Shown here: positions 9,307 through 18,161 of the stretch, piece after piece
Numbering within the stretch: the first letter of the stretch is position 1
Layout: each line of letters opens with the position of its first letter
Source: Myxococcota bacterium
GTDB lineage: Bacteria; Myxococcota; XYA12-FULL-58-9; JALHOP01
Reading direction: 5' to 3'
Length of the DNA stretch: 54,626 nucleotides
Assembly (NCBI GenBank): GCA_041288095.1
Contig: JBGGMJ010000134.1
Span: 1-54,626, forward strand
Made by a program: the position numbers and the translations under genes
Notes under the pieces: generated by a model
Told to the model about the DNA's origin: nothing
The model's database searches: none
Seen by the model: only the letters and a program-made list of their open reading frames with translations

Positions 9307-10761
9307 TCAAGGCGACGGCTTGTCGCTCGGCGGTGGCTGGTCGTTTTCGAGCTCGTCGATGAGCTTGCCGGTGAGGGAGCGCAGGCTTGGTCCTTCGGGA
9401 GCGGTTTCGACGGCCGGTGCGGCCGGCTTCCCGGCCCACGGGAACGCGGCGTAGAGCGGTCGGCCGTCGCGCAGGTTGAGCGCTCCGAGCGAGATCGTCG
9501 GGATGTAGATGATGAGCAGCAGCGCAAGACACGTGATCGCGAGCGTCGGCATGACGGCCCGGGCCACCTGAGCGAAGGGCTTCTTGAAGATGGCGCTGGC
9601 GACGAAGAGGTTCGTTGCCACCGGCGGTGCGAGATAGCCGATCTCCATGTTGACCACGAAGATGACGCCGAAGTGGATGGGGTCGATGCCGTAGACCTGG
9701 TAGGCGACGGGCGCCAGCATCGGCGCGAAGATGAGCGTCGCCGACACCGAGTCCATGAGCGCTCCCAAGACCACGAGCGCGATGTTGACGAGCAAGAGGA
9801 AGCCCGCGGCCGAGAGGTTCATGGCGCGCACCGCGGCGAGAAGGCGCTCTTGCACATCGACGAGGGCGAGAAACTCATTGAGTCCGAAGGCGAGCACGAT
9901 GATCGGCAGGAGCGCACCCATGAGCTCGGCAGCATCGACGAGGGCTACGAAGGCCCGCTTGAGTGTCAGCTCGCGGTGGATCCAGATGGTGACGATGAGA
10001 CTGTACGCGACGGCAACGGCGCCGGCTTGCGATGGCGTGTACCAGCCGCCGTAAATGCCTCCCAAGACGAGAATCGGCAGAAGCAGCGACCAGGCGCCGG
10101 CCTTGGCTTTGTCTTTGACCTCGGCCAGCGAAAAACGCGGCCGCTCGCCCGGCACCTTGCGTCCCTGCCAGACGCAGTAGACCGACAAGAGCCCGGCAAC
10201 CAGGCACGCCGGAATGAGGCCGGCGAGAAAGAGATCGGAGGCATCGACGCTGACGGCGCCGCTGACGCTGATGGCATAGATCAGCATGGACAAGGACGGC
10301 GGCACGAGGCAGCCGAGCGAGCCTGCTGTGGTGATCAGGCCTAGCGAGAAGTTCTCGGGGTAGCGGTTCTGCACCAGCGCGGGAAACATCATCGAGCCGA
10401 CGGCGATGAGCGTCACCGGCGAGCTCCCCGAGATAGCCGCGAAGAACATGCAGGCGGCGACCGCGGCGATGGCGAGACCGCCGGGCAGCGCTCCGAGTAG
10501 TGCTTGCATGAGCTCGACGAGACGGCGCGCGATGCCGCCAGCGGTCATGATGGCGCCGGAAGCGACGAAGAGGGGGATGGCCAGGAACTCCTGCTTGGTC
10601 GCCAGATTCTCCATGTGCTGGACGAGCACTTGGAGCTTGCTGATGGTCGACAGATCGGTGAAAGCGGCGAGACACGAGGCCGTCGTCACCCCGACGATGA
10701 CGTAGAGCGGCGCGCCGATGCAGACGAGCGCGAGAACCACGGCGATGACGAGCAGGGTCAC
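9307..10761 (-). CDS. dctM: TRAP transporter large permease
   Basis: LAIPLF, MTAGGIARRL, FFAAISGSS, GCLVPPS, GIDPIHFG, PPVATNLFV motifs; GTG 10761 overlaps the dctQ stop. Confidence 0.93.
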   Translation of the reverse strand: MTLLVIAVVLALVCIGAPLYVIVGVTTASCLAAFTDLSTISKLQVLVQHMENLATKQEFLAIPLFVASGAIMTAGGIARRLVELMQALLGALPGGLAIAAVAACMFFAAISGSSPVTLIAVGSMMFPALVQNRYPENFSLGLITTAGSLGCLVPPSLSMLIYAISVSGAVSVDASDLFLAGLIPACLVAGLLSVYCVWQGRKVPGERPRFSLAEVKDKAKAGAWSLLLPILVLGGIYGGWYTPSQAGAVAVAYSLIVTIWIHRELTLKRAFVALVDAAELMGALLPIIVLAFGLNEFLALVDVQERLLAAVRAMNLSAAGFLLLVNIALVVLGALMDSVSATLIFAPMLAPVAYQVYGIDPIHFGVIFVVNMEIGYLAPPVATNLFVASAIFKKPFAQVARAVMPTLAITCLALLLIIYIPTISLGALNLRDGRPLYAAFPWAGKPAAPAVETAPEGPSLRSLTGKLIDELENDQPPPSDKPSP

Positions 10762-11531
10762 GTCGGCACCTCCGGCGGCTCGGGTTCGGGCAACAGGCCA
10801 AGAGCTCGGCCGACGAGGCGAATGGCGATCATGGCAAACGCATAAGGCACGACGGCGAAGACGACCCACTTCGGCCAGTCCACAGCCGGGATGAGATCCG
10901 AGGTCGGGGACTCGCGCCACGCGGCGAAATGGTCGGCAAGCGAAATACTGCCGAGCAAAACGATGAGCAGGGAAAACGCGGCGGTGACAATCAGGGCGAT
11001 GCGTTTGATGGTCGGCTGAAGCGAGGCGGGCCAGAGCTTCTCGCCCATCTCGAGCGCCAGATGCCGCCCCTTGTACGTCGCCATCGATGCACCGATGAGG
11101 CCAACCCAGAGGAGGGTGACGAGGGCGCTGTAAGGTGCCCACACCATGCCTTCTGGCCGCAGCCGCACGAAACCCTGCACCAAGACCGTGATGAGCACAG
11201 TGCCGACGAACGCCCTGAGAACGAGAGCACCGCGTCCAAGGGAGCGCCCCGACGCCTGGGCCCTGGTGCGCAGCGCCGCGTAGACCGTAAGAAACCCAAC
11301 CCCGAGGATAATCCCCGGCGCTACCGTGGCATCGAGCCCCGCCACCGTCACATCGCCCCCGAAGTGTTGCAACACCCCAGCGAGCAACGTGGCGAGCCTT
11401 CCGGGTGACCGCGAAAAAATGCGGTGGACGACGTCGACGAAGACGACGAGGCCCATGCTCATGAAAAGGGCGCCGGCGATGGCGCGTTCTGCCGTGTAGA
11501 TGAGCGCGTCGAGACGCGCCCAGCGGTTCAG
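10758..11531 (-). CDS. dctQ: TRAP transporter small permease (start uncertain)
   Basis: VVFVDVVHR, WVGLIGASMATYKGRHLALE, WVVFAVVPYAF; lies between dctP and dctM; start placed at CTG overlapping the dctP stop. Confidence 0.8.
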   Translation of the reverse strand: MNRWARLDALIYTAERAIAGALFMSMGLVVFVDVVHRIFSRSPGRLATLLAGVLQHFGGDVTVAGLDATVAPGIILGVGFLTVYAALRTRAQASGRSLGRGALVLRAFVGTVLITVLVQGFVRLRPEGMVWAPYSALVTLLWVGLIGASMATYKGRHLALEMGEKLWPASLQPTIKRIALIVTAAFSLLIVLLGSISLADHFAAWRESPTSDLIPAVDWPKWVVFAVVPYAFAMIAIRLVGRALGLLPEPEPPEVPT

Positions 11532-12538
11532 GAGCCGCCCCGCATCTTGGCGAGCGCCGTGCGTGTCTCGTTGAGAAGTTTCTTCGTTCGGTCGCCTTGC
11601 AGCTTGACCAGGTCGTCCTGCACCTTGCGCGTGGCTTCTTCGAAAGCACGGCGCTCTTCGGTGCTCGGCGTGTGCACGGCGATGCCTTGGCTCTTCAAGA
11701 TCTCGACGAGGTCCGGGGCAATCTTGCGCACGGCTTCGCGGCCCTTGCCTTGGAGGCTCCGTCCTTCTTCGATGAGGATGGTTTGCAGCTCTTTGGGCAA
11801 CGCATCGAACCACTCACGGTTGAACGCGATAGCGGCCGGTTGGTAGATGTGCTCGGACAAGGTCACGAACTTCACCGACTTCGTCCACGATGCGGCGATC
11901 ATGTAGATCGTCGACTGATCGAAGCCGTCGACGTTACCGGTGGCGAGTGCCTGCGGCACTTCGGTAATAGGGAGCGGCATTGGCGAGGCGCCCAACGCTT
12001 TGTACATGCCTAGGTGCACTGGGCTCTCTTGCGAGCGCATCTTCTTGCCGCGCAGGTCCTGTGGCATCTTGATGGGCGCATCACGGGTGGCGAAGTGGCG
12101 GAAGCCGTTTTCACCCCAAAAACCCAAGATGAGCCCCGCCTTGCGGAAGGACTCGCCAAGCGGGTTGGTCAGCACGTTGTCGATGACGTGGTCGGCCTCG
12201 GCTGTGCTCCGGAAGAGAAATGGCAGCTCGACGACGTTGAGCTCGGGGACGAGGCTCGCGAGCGCACCGGTCGAAGCACCCACCGCTTGGATCTGCCCGC
12301 GCCGGCACTTCGTCACCATCTCGATCTCATCGCCGAGAACGCCGCCGAGCTTGAGGCGGACGTCGATCTTGCCGGGAGCCCGCTTTTCGACGTTCTGCTC
12401 GAACTTGGTCAGCAGCGCCGACCAGGGTGAATCCTGCGGCGCAACCGAGGCGAGGGTCATGACTTGCGCGGCAGGCTCCGCAGCGCGGCTGGGAAGGGCC
12501 GCGAGGAGCACGACGAGTAGGCACAAGGGCTGTTTCAC
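11528..12538 (-). CDS. dctP: TRAP substrate-binding protein
   Basis: Signal peptide after GTG 12538 with GGAGAA RBS; LASVAPQDSPW, ELPFLF, GENGFR, DLRGKKMR, ALATGNVDG. Confidence 0.92.
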   Translation of the reverse strand: MKQPLCLLVVLLAALPSRAAEPAAQVMTLASVAPQDSPWSALLTKFEQNVEKRAPGKIDVRLKLGGVLGDEIEMVTKCRRGQIQAVGASTGALASLVPELNVVELPFLFRSTAEADHVIDNVLTNPLGESFRKAGLILGFWGENGFRHFATRDAPIKMPQDLRGKKMRSQESPVHLGMYKALGASPMPLPITEVPQALATGNVDGFDQSTIYMIAASWTKSVKFVTLSEHIYQPAAIAFNREWFDALPKELQTILIEEGRSLQGKGREAVRKIAPDLVEILKSQGIAVHTPSTEERRAFEEATRKVQDDLVKLQGDRTKKLLNETRTALAKMRGGS

Positions 12539-12657
12539 AGTCGTTCTCCGGACGTTGGAAGTACGCTCGAAACTACGCGCCCCAGCAGACGCGGCCATGT
12601 TGCTCACGCAGCGTGTCACGGTCTTTCTGGTTCAGGCAGCCGATTCTCGAGGGAGAA

Positions 12658-12734
<77 letters not shown>

Positions 12735-12780
12735 GAACCAATCGCGTTGAACCGGTTTCCCGGCGTCAACGAGGGGGCGA

Positions 12781-12809
12781 CGTCTACTGAAAGCCCTTTT
12801 TGGTGTCAA
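12781..12809 (-). promoter_or_regulatory. Sigma-70-like promoter for tRNA-Asp
   Basis: TTGACA-N17-TAGACG on the minus strand, about 45 nt upstream of the tRNA. Confidence 0.6.
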
Positions 12810-12861
12810 GGCGATTGCGTCGCGATCAGGGTCGTAAGTGCGCCTTGAGATCTCACTTCTC

Positions 12862-12889
12862 GCAACGGTGCCGCCGCGCGCCTCGAGAA
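12862..12889 (+). promoter_or_regulatory. Variant sigma-28-like promoter
   Basis: GCAA-N16-CTCGAGAA, 8 nt before ATG 12898. Confidence 0.4.
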
Positions 12890-12897
12890 TGACCGCC

Positions 12898-13584
12898 ATG
12901 AGTCTTCAAGTCTCGGCAATCACCTCGCAAGCTGCTTCTCGTCCCGACGCCGGCACCCCCGCGCCAGCGGTCCTCGCCGATGCTCCGTTGCCCGCTGCCG
13001 CGGACGCCGTCGCGGCACCACGGCCGTCGCTGCTACCGCGCGCCAATCCCACCCTAGAGTTGGTTGCGCCGCGGGTCGCCACCGAGACGCCGGCGCCGCG
13101 CTTCCCGCGCAACCTCTGCTACCGCGGTGACTGTGGCGTCGAGATGGAGCGCATCTGGAACGCCTTCAACGCGGCCGGGCCGGTGGATGCCTCGCAGATC
13201 CCCAGTGTCTTCTCGGGCAACATGTTCTGGAAGAGCAGCTCGTACAATCCGAATCACGCCCACTTCGGCGGCGTGTTGCTCGATCGGCAAGCCGGTGGTG
13301 AGCTCACGTTCAACGGCCGCTGGACCTTCTTCGGACCCGGGAATCCGTACACCAATACCACGCTCGAGGAGGCGCGCCGCGAGTGGGCGAACCGTCCGCT
13401 GCCGGTGCAAGACCGCGGCGATCACCTCTATATCGACGCCAACCCGCGGACGAACGACCCGCGTTGGGTGCCGCTCGAATACTGGCTGCGCCAGGATGCG
13501 ACGACCCGCGACATCTACGTGGTCGGCTTCTTCGGCAACGGCCAGTTCGCGGTCGGGCAGCTTCGCGCCAACGCGAATCAGTAG
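12898..13584 (+). CDS. Hypothetical protein: Ala/Pro-rich N-terminus plus aromatic-rich globular domain
   Basis: ORF with GC-biased codon usage; starts MSLQVSAITSQAAS (alternative ATG 12889); no signal peptide. Confidence 0.75.
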   Translation: MSLQVSAITSQAASRPDAGTPAPAVLADAPLPAAADAVAAPRPSLLPRANPTLELVAPRVATETPAPRFPRNLCYRGDCGVEMERIWNAFNAAGPVDASQIPSVFSGNMFWKSSSYNPNHAHFGGVLLDRQAGGELTFNGRWTFFGPGNPYTNTTLEEARREWANRPLPVQDRGDHLYIDANPRTNDPRWVPLEYWLRQDATTRDIYVVGFFGNGQFAVGQLRANANQ

Positions 13585-13587
13585 CGC

Positions 13588-14436
13588 TTACGAGTCGCGG
13601 CGGGCGTCGTCGTAGGCCTTGAGGTGCTTCAAGGCTTCGTCGCGCTGGCCACGTTGCTCGAGCAGGGCCGCCAAGTTGAAGTGGGCGTCGGCGAAACCCT
13701 GATCGTGGGCGAGCGCCGCGCGGTAAGCGGCTTCGGCACCGGCCCAGTCACCGAGGTCGTGGAGGGTCACGGCGAGATTGAAGTGGGCAACCGGGTGCGT
13801 CGGATCGATGCGCACGGCGTTGCGAAAGTACGCGGCGGCGCGCTTGAGATCGCCGCCGTCCGAGCACATGCGGCCGATGTTGATGGTCGCTTCGACGTGC
13901 TCGGGATTGCAGGTGAGGGCGCGCAGATAAGCGTCGTAGGCGCCGGAGGAATCCGCCTCTTCGAGAGTCATGGCCATGTCGAACCAGTGGTCCGCGGCGG
14001 TCATGTCGCTCGGGCCGTCGAAGATCGCGCCCAAGGTGTCGGTGAGCTTCGCGGTGTTGCGTGTCTGGGTGACCTCGGCGGTCTTCATCTCACCGAACGC
14101 GAAGCAGGCCTGACCGCTCACCGGCTCCCAGGCCTGGTGGCCGTCGCTCGCGACCAGGACTCCCGCATCGACGCGGAGTTGCAGCGACGAGAGTGATTGG
14201 CTGCCGAGCTGCCGACGGAGCGCCGCGAGGGCACGCTCGACGCGCGAGGCGGACAGACCTTCGGAGATGAGTCGCGCCGCCGTGCGCAGAACCGCGAGAT
14301 CCTGGAACCCGAATGTGGGTTGATCTGGGTTCTCCGACACCGCCTGGTCCCCGGAGGGCAGGGCGACGCGGGCCACGGTGCGGATGCGCTGCTCCGAGAG
14401 CTTCACCAACCGGGCGGCTTGGCGGGTCGTGAACAT
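13588..14436 (-). CDS. MerR-like HTH plus TPR protein
   Basis: FTTRQAARLVKLSEQRIR...FGFQDLAVLRTAARL (MerR-like); TPRs AHFNLAVTL, ADAHFNLAALL. Alternative GTG 14445. Confidence 0.85.
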   Translation of the reverse strand: MFTTRQAARLVKLSEQRIRTVARVALPSGDQAVSENPDQPTFGFQDLAVLRTAARLISEGLSASRVERALAALRRQLGSQSLSSLQLRVDAGVLVASDGHQAWEPVSGQACFAFGEMKTAEVTQTRNTAKLTDTLGAIFDGPSDMTAADHWFDMAMTLEEADSSGAYDAYLRALTCNPEHVEATINIGRMCSDGGDLKRAAAYFRNAVRIDPTHPVAHFNLAVTLHDLGDWAGAEAAYRAALAHDQGFADAHFNLAALLEQRGQRDEALKHLKAYDDARRDS

Positions 14437-14542
14437 TCGACCCACTCACTATCACCAAGGTCCGACAGCGCCGATACTTTTCTGTGGTAGGATTCAGCCA
14501 TCGATGTCGCGACTCGGACGGCGCCTCGACGAAGACCAGACG

Positions 14543-15508
14543 ATGGCTGAGCCCGCACAAAAACCGCGCATCCTCGTAGTCGACGACGACCCTAACAACC
14601 TGCGTCTGGTCGCCGAGACTCTCGATGGCTTGGGTTATGCCCTCGAGACGGCGACCGACGGCGTGCAGGCCATCGAGCGCGTCCGTGAATCGGCGCCGGA
14701 TCTGCTCATCCTCGACGTCATGATGCCGAAGATGAACGGCCTCGAGGTCTGCCGCATCGTGAAGTCTCTTTCAGCGGACGCGTTCATCCCGATCATCCTC
14801 GTCACCGTGAAAGGCGACGTCGACAGCAAGGTGACCGGACTGAAGCTCGGCGCCGACGACTACCTCGCCAAGCCCTACAACCCCTTGGAGCTGCGCGCGC
14901 GTGTCGCGTCGATGCTCCGCATCAAGGCGCTGCAAGACAAGATCAACACCAAGCGCCGCGAGCTCGAGGCGTTGTCGATGACCGACGACCTCACCGGGCT
15001 GTTCAACCACCGTGCGATGCAGCAGCGCTTGAAAGACGAGTTCATGCGGGCGCAGCGTTACAACGATCCGCTGTCGCTGCTCATGATCGACGTCGATCAC
15101 TTCAAGAAGGTGAACGACCGCTTCGGGCACCTCTTCGGAGACTACGTCTTGGGCGAGCTCGCGCAGGTGCTCACGCGATGCGTGCGCGAAATCGACTTGC
15201 TTGCCCGCTATGGCGGAGAGGAATTCCTCGTCATCCTTCCGCAGACCCACTTCTCGGGGTCACTCGCGGTGGCGGAGCGCATCTGGCGCACCGTGGGCCG
15301 GCACGAGTTCAACGACAACAACGTGCAGCACCCAATCACCGTGTCGATCGGTATCTCGTTCTATCCCAACAAGAACGTCGCAACCGTCGAGCAGCTGGTC
15401 GCTTTCGCGGACCAGGCCCTCTATCAAGCCAAGCGCGAGGGTCGCAACCGCATCTGTCTGCACCAGCACATGAACTATCTCTATCGCCCGGAGCGGGCCA
15501 CCTCGTGA
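14543..15508 (+). CDS. Response regulator diguanylate cyclase (REC-GGDEF)
   Basis: ILVVDDD, LDVMMP, DDYLAKP; DDLTGLFN, DVDHFKKVND, RYGGEEF, I-site REID. Alternative ATG 14504. Confidence 0.95.
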   Translation: MAEPAQKPRILVVDDDPNNLRLVAETLDGLGYALETATDGVQAIERVRESAPDLLILDVMMPKMNGLEVCRIVKSLSADAFIPIILVTVKGDVDSKVTGLKLGADDYLAKPYNPLELRARVASMLRIKALQDKINTKRRELEALSMTDDLTGLFNHRAMQQRLKDEFMRAQRYNDPLSLLMIDVDHFKKVNDRFGHLFGDYVLGELAQVLTRCVREIDLLARYGGEEFLVILPQTHFSGSLAVAERIWRTVGRHEFNDNNVQHPITVSIGISFYPNKNVATVEQLVAFADQALYQAKREGRNRICLHQHMNYLYRPERATS

Positions 15509-16503
15509 GCACGGTTCTCGTGGTCGACGACAGCGAGGCGTTGCGCATCGCGACGCGTCGTATGCTCGAGCAGTCGTCATTGTCGCTGAAGGTCATCGAA
15601 GCCGCGGACGGCGCCGAGGCCCTGCCGCTCGCGCTCTCTGGTCAGGTCTCCATCGTCGTCAGCGACATCGTCATGCCGCGCCTCGACGGCATCCAGCTCT
15701 TGCGCGGCATCCGCGCGCATCGCGACTGGGACAGCTTGCCGGTGATCCTCGTGACCTCGCAGGCCGAGGAGGACACGCGCAACGTCAGCTTCGAAGCCGG
15801 CGCCAACGATTACCTGACGCGGCCGTTCGATTCCGAAGAGCTGCTCGGCCGCATCAAGGTGCAGCTGCGCTTGAAGAGTCTCCACGAGGAGCTCAAGCGT
15901 GCCGATGAGCGGCACCGCCGTTTGGGTACGCACGACGAGCTCACTGGGCTCGCGAACCGCCGGCACCTCTTGGACCTCACGCGGCGTGAGCTGTCACGGG
16001 CGCGTCGCCACAAGCTCGCCATGTCGGTCTGCATCCTCGAGCTCGATGACGTGCGCGCGGTCGAGCAGCGCGTGAGCCACCTCGCGGGCGACGCCATCAT
16101 CAGCGACCTCGCGACCATCCTGACGCGCAACTTGCGCACCGCCGACATTCTGGCGCGCATGGGCCCGCACAAGTTTGGTGTCTTGCTGCCGCATACCGAC
16201 GCGGCGCAGGGCCGGGCCGCGGGTGAGCGTCTGCGGTCGGCGGTCGGCAGCTATACGTTCCCAGGCAGCCTGCGCGCCGAGCTTTCGGTGTCGGTTGGCG
16301 TCGCCACCTACCCGACCGGCGCCCTCGAGACCGTCGACGAGCTGGTCAACGCCGCCGAAGCGAGCCTCGACAAGGCACGCGGCAAGGGTGGGAATCGGGT
16401 CGAGGCGTGGAGCCCGGGCGAGGGCGAAGAGAGCTGGGCCAAAGCCGCGCGCGTGTCCGTTTCAGCGGACGACGAGAATAGCGGCGAGGCCGCCAAGGGT
16501 TAG
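15505..16503 (+). CDS. REC plus degenerate GGDEF protein
   Basis: VLVVDDS, SDIVMP; DELTGLAN; A-site reads RMGPHKF; RTAD I-site kept; GTGA overlap with the upstream gene. Confidence 0.88.
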   Translation: MSTVLVVDDSEALRIATRRMLEQSSLSLKVIEAADGAEALPLALSGQVSIVVSDIVMPRLDGIQLLRGIRAHRDWDSLPVILVTSQAEEDTRNVSFEAGANDYLTRPFDSEELLGRIKVQLRLKSLHEELKRADERHRRLGTHDELTGLANRRHLLDLTRRELSRARRHKLAMSVCILELDDVRAVEQRVSHLAGDAIISDLATILTRNLRTADILARMGPHKFGVLLPHTDAAQGRAAGERLRSAVGSYTFPGSLRAELSVSVGVATYPTGALETVDELVNAAEASLDKARGKGGNRVEAWSPGEGEESWAKAARVSVSADDENSGEAAKG

Positions 16504-16510
16504 GGCGCGG

Positions 16511-17359
16511 CTAATTGCGCTTGCCGGGCGTCGGGATCAGCGCGATCTCGATGCGGCGGTTCTTGTGACGGCCGGCGGCGCTGGCGTTGCTGGAGGCGGG
16601 GCGATACTGCGAGAAGCCCGCGGCTACCAGGCGCTCGCCCGGCACCTTCACCTCGTCTTGGAGGAAGCGCACGACGTTGGTGGCGCGCGCCGCCGACAGC
16701 TCCCAGTTGCTCGCGAACGTCTCCGTGAGCTTGCCGGTGATCGGTAGCGAGTCGGTGTGGCCGCCGACCTGAAGGACTTTGTCGTCGAGCTTGATCAAGG
16801 TCTCGCCGACGCTCTTCAGCACTTCCTTGCCACGCTCGTTGAGCTCGGCGACGCCTACGTCGAAGAGAATCTTGTCGCTGACGTCGACCGTGAGCTGGCC
16901 GTTGATCGCGGAGACCAGCACTTCGCCCTTCTTGATCTCGGCCTGGAGCTTCTTGCTCAGCTCTTCTTGCGCGCGCGAGACGGCGTCGAGCTCGGCCTGC
17001 TTTTGGCTCAAGACCGACGACAAGCGCGCCCGCTCGGCCTCGCTGTTGTCGCGGTCGCTCTTCAATATGTCGACGATGTTGCGCATCGTGGTGAGCTCGT
17101 CGAGCGTCTTGGCATGCTCGGCTTCGAGGTCGCGCAGCCGAGCTTGCATGGGCAGACCGACGTACAACACGCCCGCGATCACCGCGCCGACGACGATGGC
17201 GAGGAGCATCCACGGGACGATGCCGCCGCGCTTCTCGACGACGCGCACCTTCTCCGGCTTCTCTGGGAGCTCGCGGACCGGGCCGTCGCCCAAGGTGTAG
17301 CGCTCTTCGTGCGGTGCGTCGTGCACCGTCGGTGCTTCGCGTGGTGGAATCGTGCTCAT
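16511..17359 (-). CDS. OmpA/MotB-family peptidoglycan-binding membrane protein with coiled coil
   Basis: Single TM, coiled coil, ILFDVG, GHTD, NWELSAARA, NRRIEI. Confidence 0.88.
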   Translation of the reverse strand: MSTIPPREAPTVHDAPHEERYTLGDGPVRELPEKPEKVRVVEKRGGIVPWMLLAIVVGAVIAGVLYVGLPMQARLRDLEAEHAKTLDELTTMRNIVDILKSDRDNSEAERARLSSVLSQKQAELDAVSRAQEELSKKLQAEIKKGEVLVSAINGQLTVDVSDKILFDVGVAELNERGKEVLKSVGETLIKLDDKVLQVGGHTDSLPITGKLTETFASNWELSAARATNVVRFLQDEVKVPGERLVAAGFSQYRPASSNASAAGRHKNRRIEIALIPTPGKRN

Positions 17360-18093
17360 GTTCGCCCCACTTGAGTGGCCGGAACCGCTTCGATCAATTC
17401 GAGCTGCGCGAGCGCGTAGACGAACGCGCGCAACGCCTTCGGCGGCAGCGGCACCGACCGCGCCAGCTCACCGGTGTGCCTTGGCGAGCGTAGTAGGGCG
17501 GCGGCCATCTGCTCGGCGGGCTGGAGCTGTGTCGCCTCGTTCTCGAGCTCGGGCTTGGCGACGATGGCCTGGAAGGCGAGGTCGGCGATGGTGTCGCTGG
17601 TGACCTCGATGCGTGCGTAATCGCGGACGCCGAGATAAATGGTCGAGAGGGGCTGCATCGGCGCCGGCGCGAAGTCGGTGAGGTGGACGAGGCCGTTCAA
17701 GAGCTCGAAACGACCCTCGCGAGCCGCGAAGAGCGAGAGGAAATTGAGCTGTGACTGGCGCGCCATGACGGCGGTGAGCTGGTCGTCGGTGAGCAACTTC
17801 ATCTCGAGGAGGATCTGGCCGAGCAGCTTGTCGGTACGGTTGTGGACCGCCAGGGCTTCATTGAGCTTGTCCTCGGAGAGCACGTGCTCTTCGACGAGGA
17901 TGCGGCCGATGGGGTGCTTGAGCCGCGAGAGACGGGCACCCTGCGGCGCGCCCTGCACGAAGAAGGCGCGCGACACGCCGATGGGGTCGTGAATCTCGAT
18001 GACGCCCGTGGCCCGGCTCCTAGCCAACTGACCGACGAGCTTCGCGAAGGGATGGTCGCGCAAATCACCGGATAGCTTGGGCTCGTGTGGCAC
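17356..18093 (-). CDS. DUF4388-like protein with degenerate MshEN-type repeats
   Basis: LSGDLRDHPFAKLV...ATGVIEI; IGRILVEEHVLSEDKLNEAL and LGQILLEMKLLTDDQL; EGRFEL. Confidence 0.75.
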   Translation of the reverse strand: MPHEPKLSGDLRDHPFAKLVGQLARSRATGVIEIHDPIGVSRAFFVQGAPQGARLSRLKHPIGRILVEEHVLSEDKLNEALAVHNRTDKLLGQILLEMKLLTDDQLTAVMARQSQLNFLSLFAAREGRFELLNGLVHLTDFAPAPMQPLSTIYLGVRDYARIEVTSDTIADLAFQAIVAKPELENEATQLQPAEQMAAALLRSPRHTGELARSVPLPPKALRAFVYALAQLELIEAVPATQVGRT

Positions 18094-18161
18094 GCAGAAT
18101 GTCTAGCGAACGAGCGGCGAGAGTGCAAAGCAGACTTCGCTCGTGCTAGAGCCTTCGAGAC

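Noticed and set aside
9307..11649. 780-aa ORF as a DctQ-DctM fusion
   Set aside because: The upstream part is an out-of-frame Arg-rich read of dctQ; DctM starts at GTG 10761.
16511..17359. Flagellar stator motB as evidence for flagella
   Set aside because: No motA neighbour and the TM lacks the conserved Asp motif; generic OmpA/MotB-like protein.
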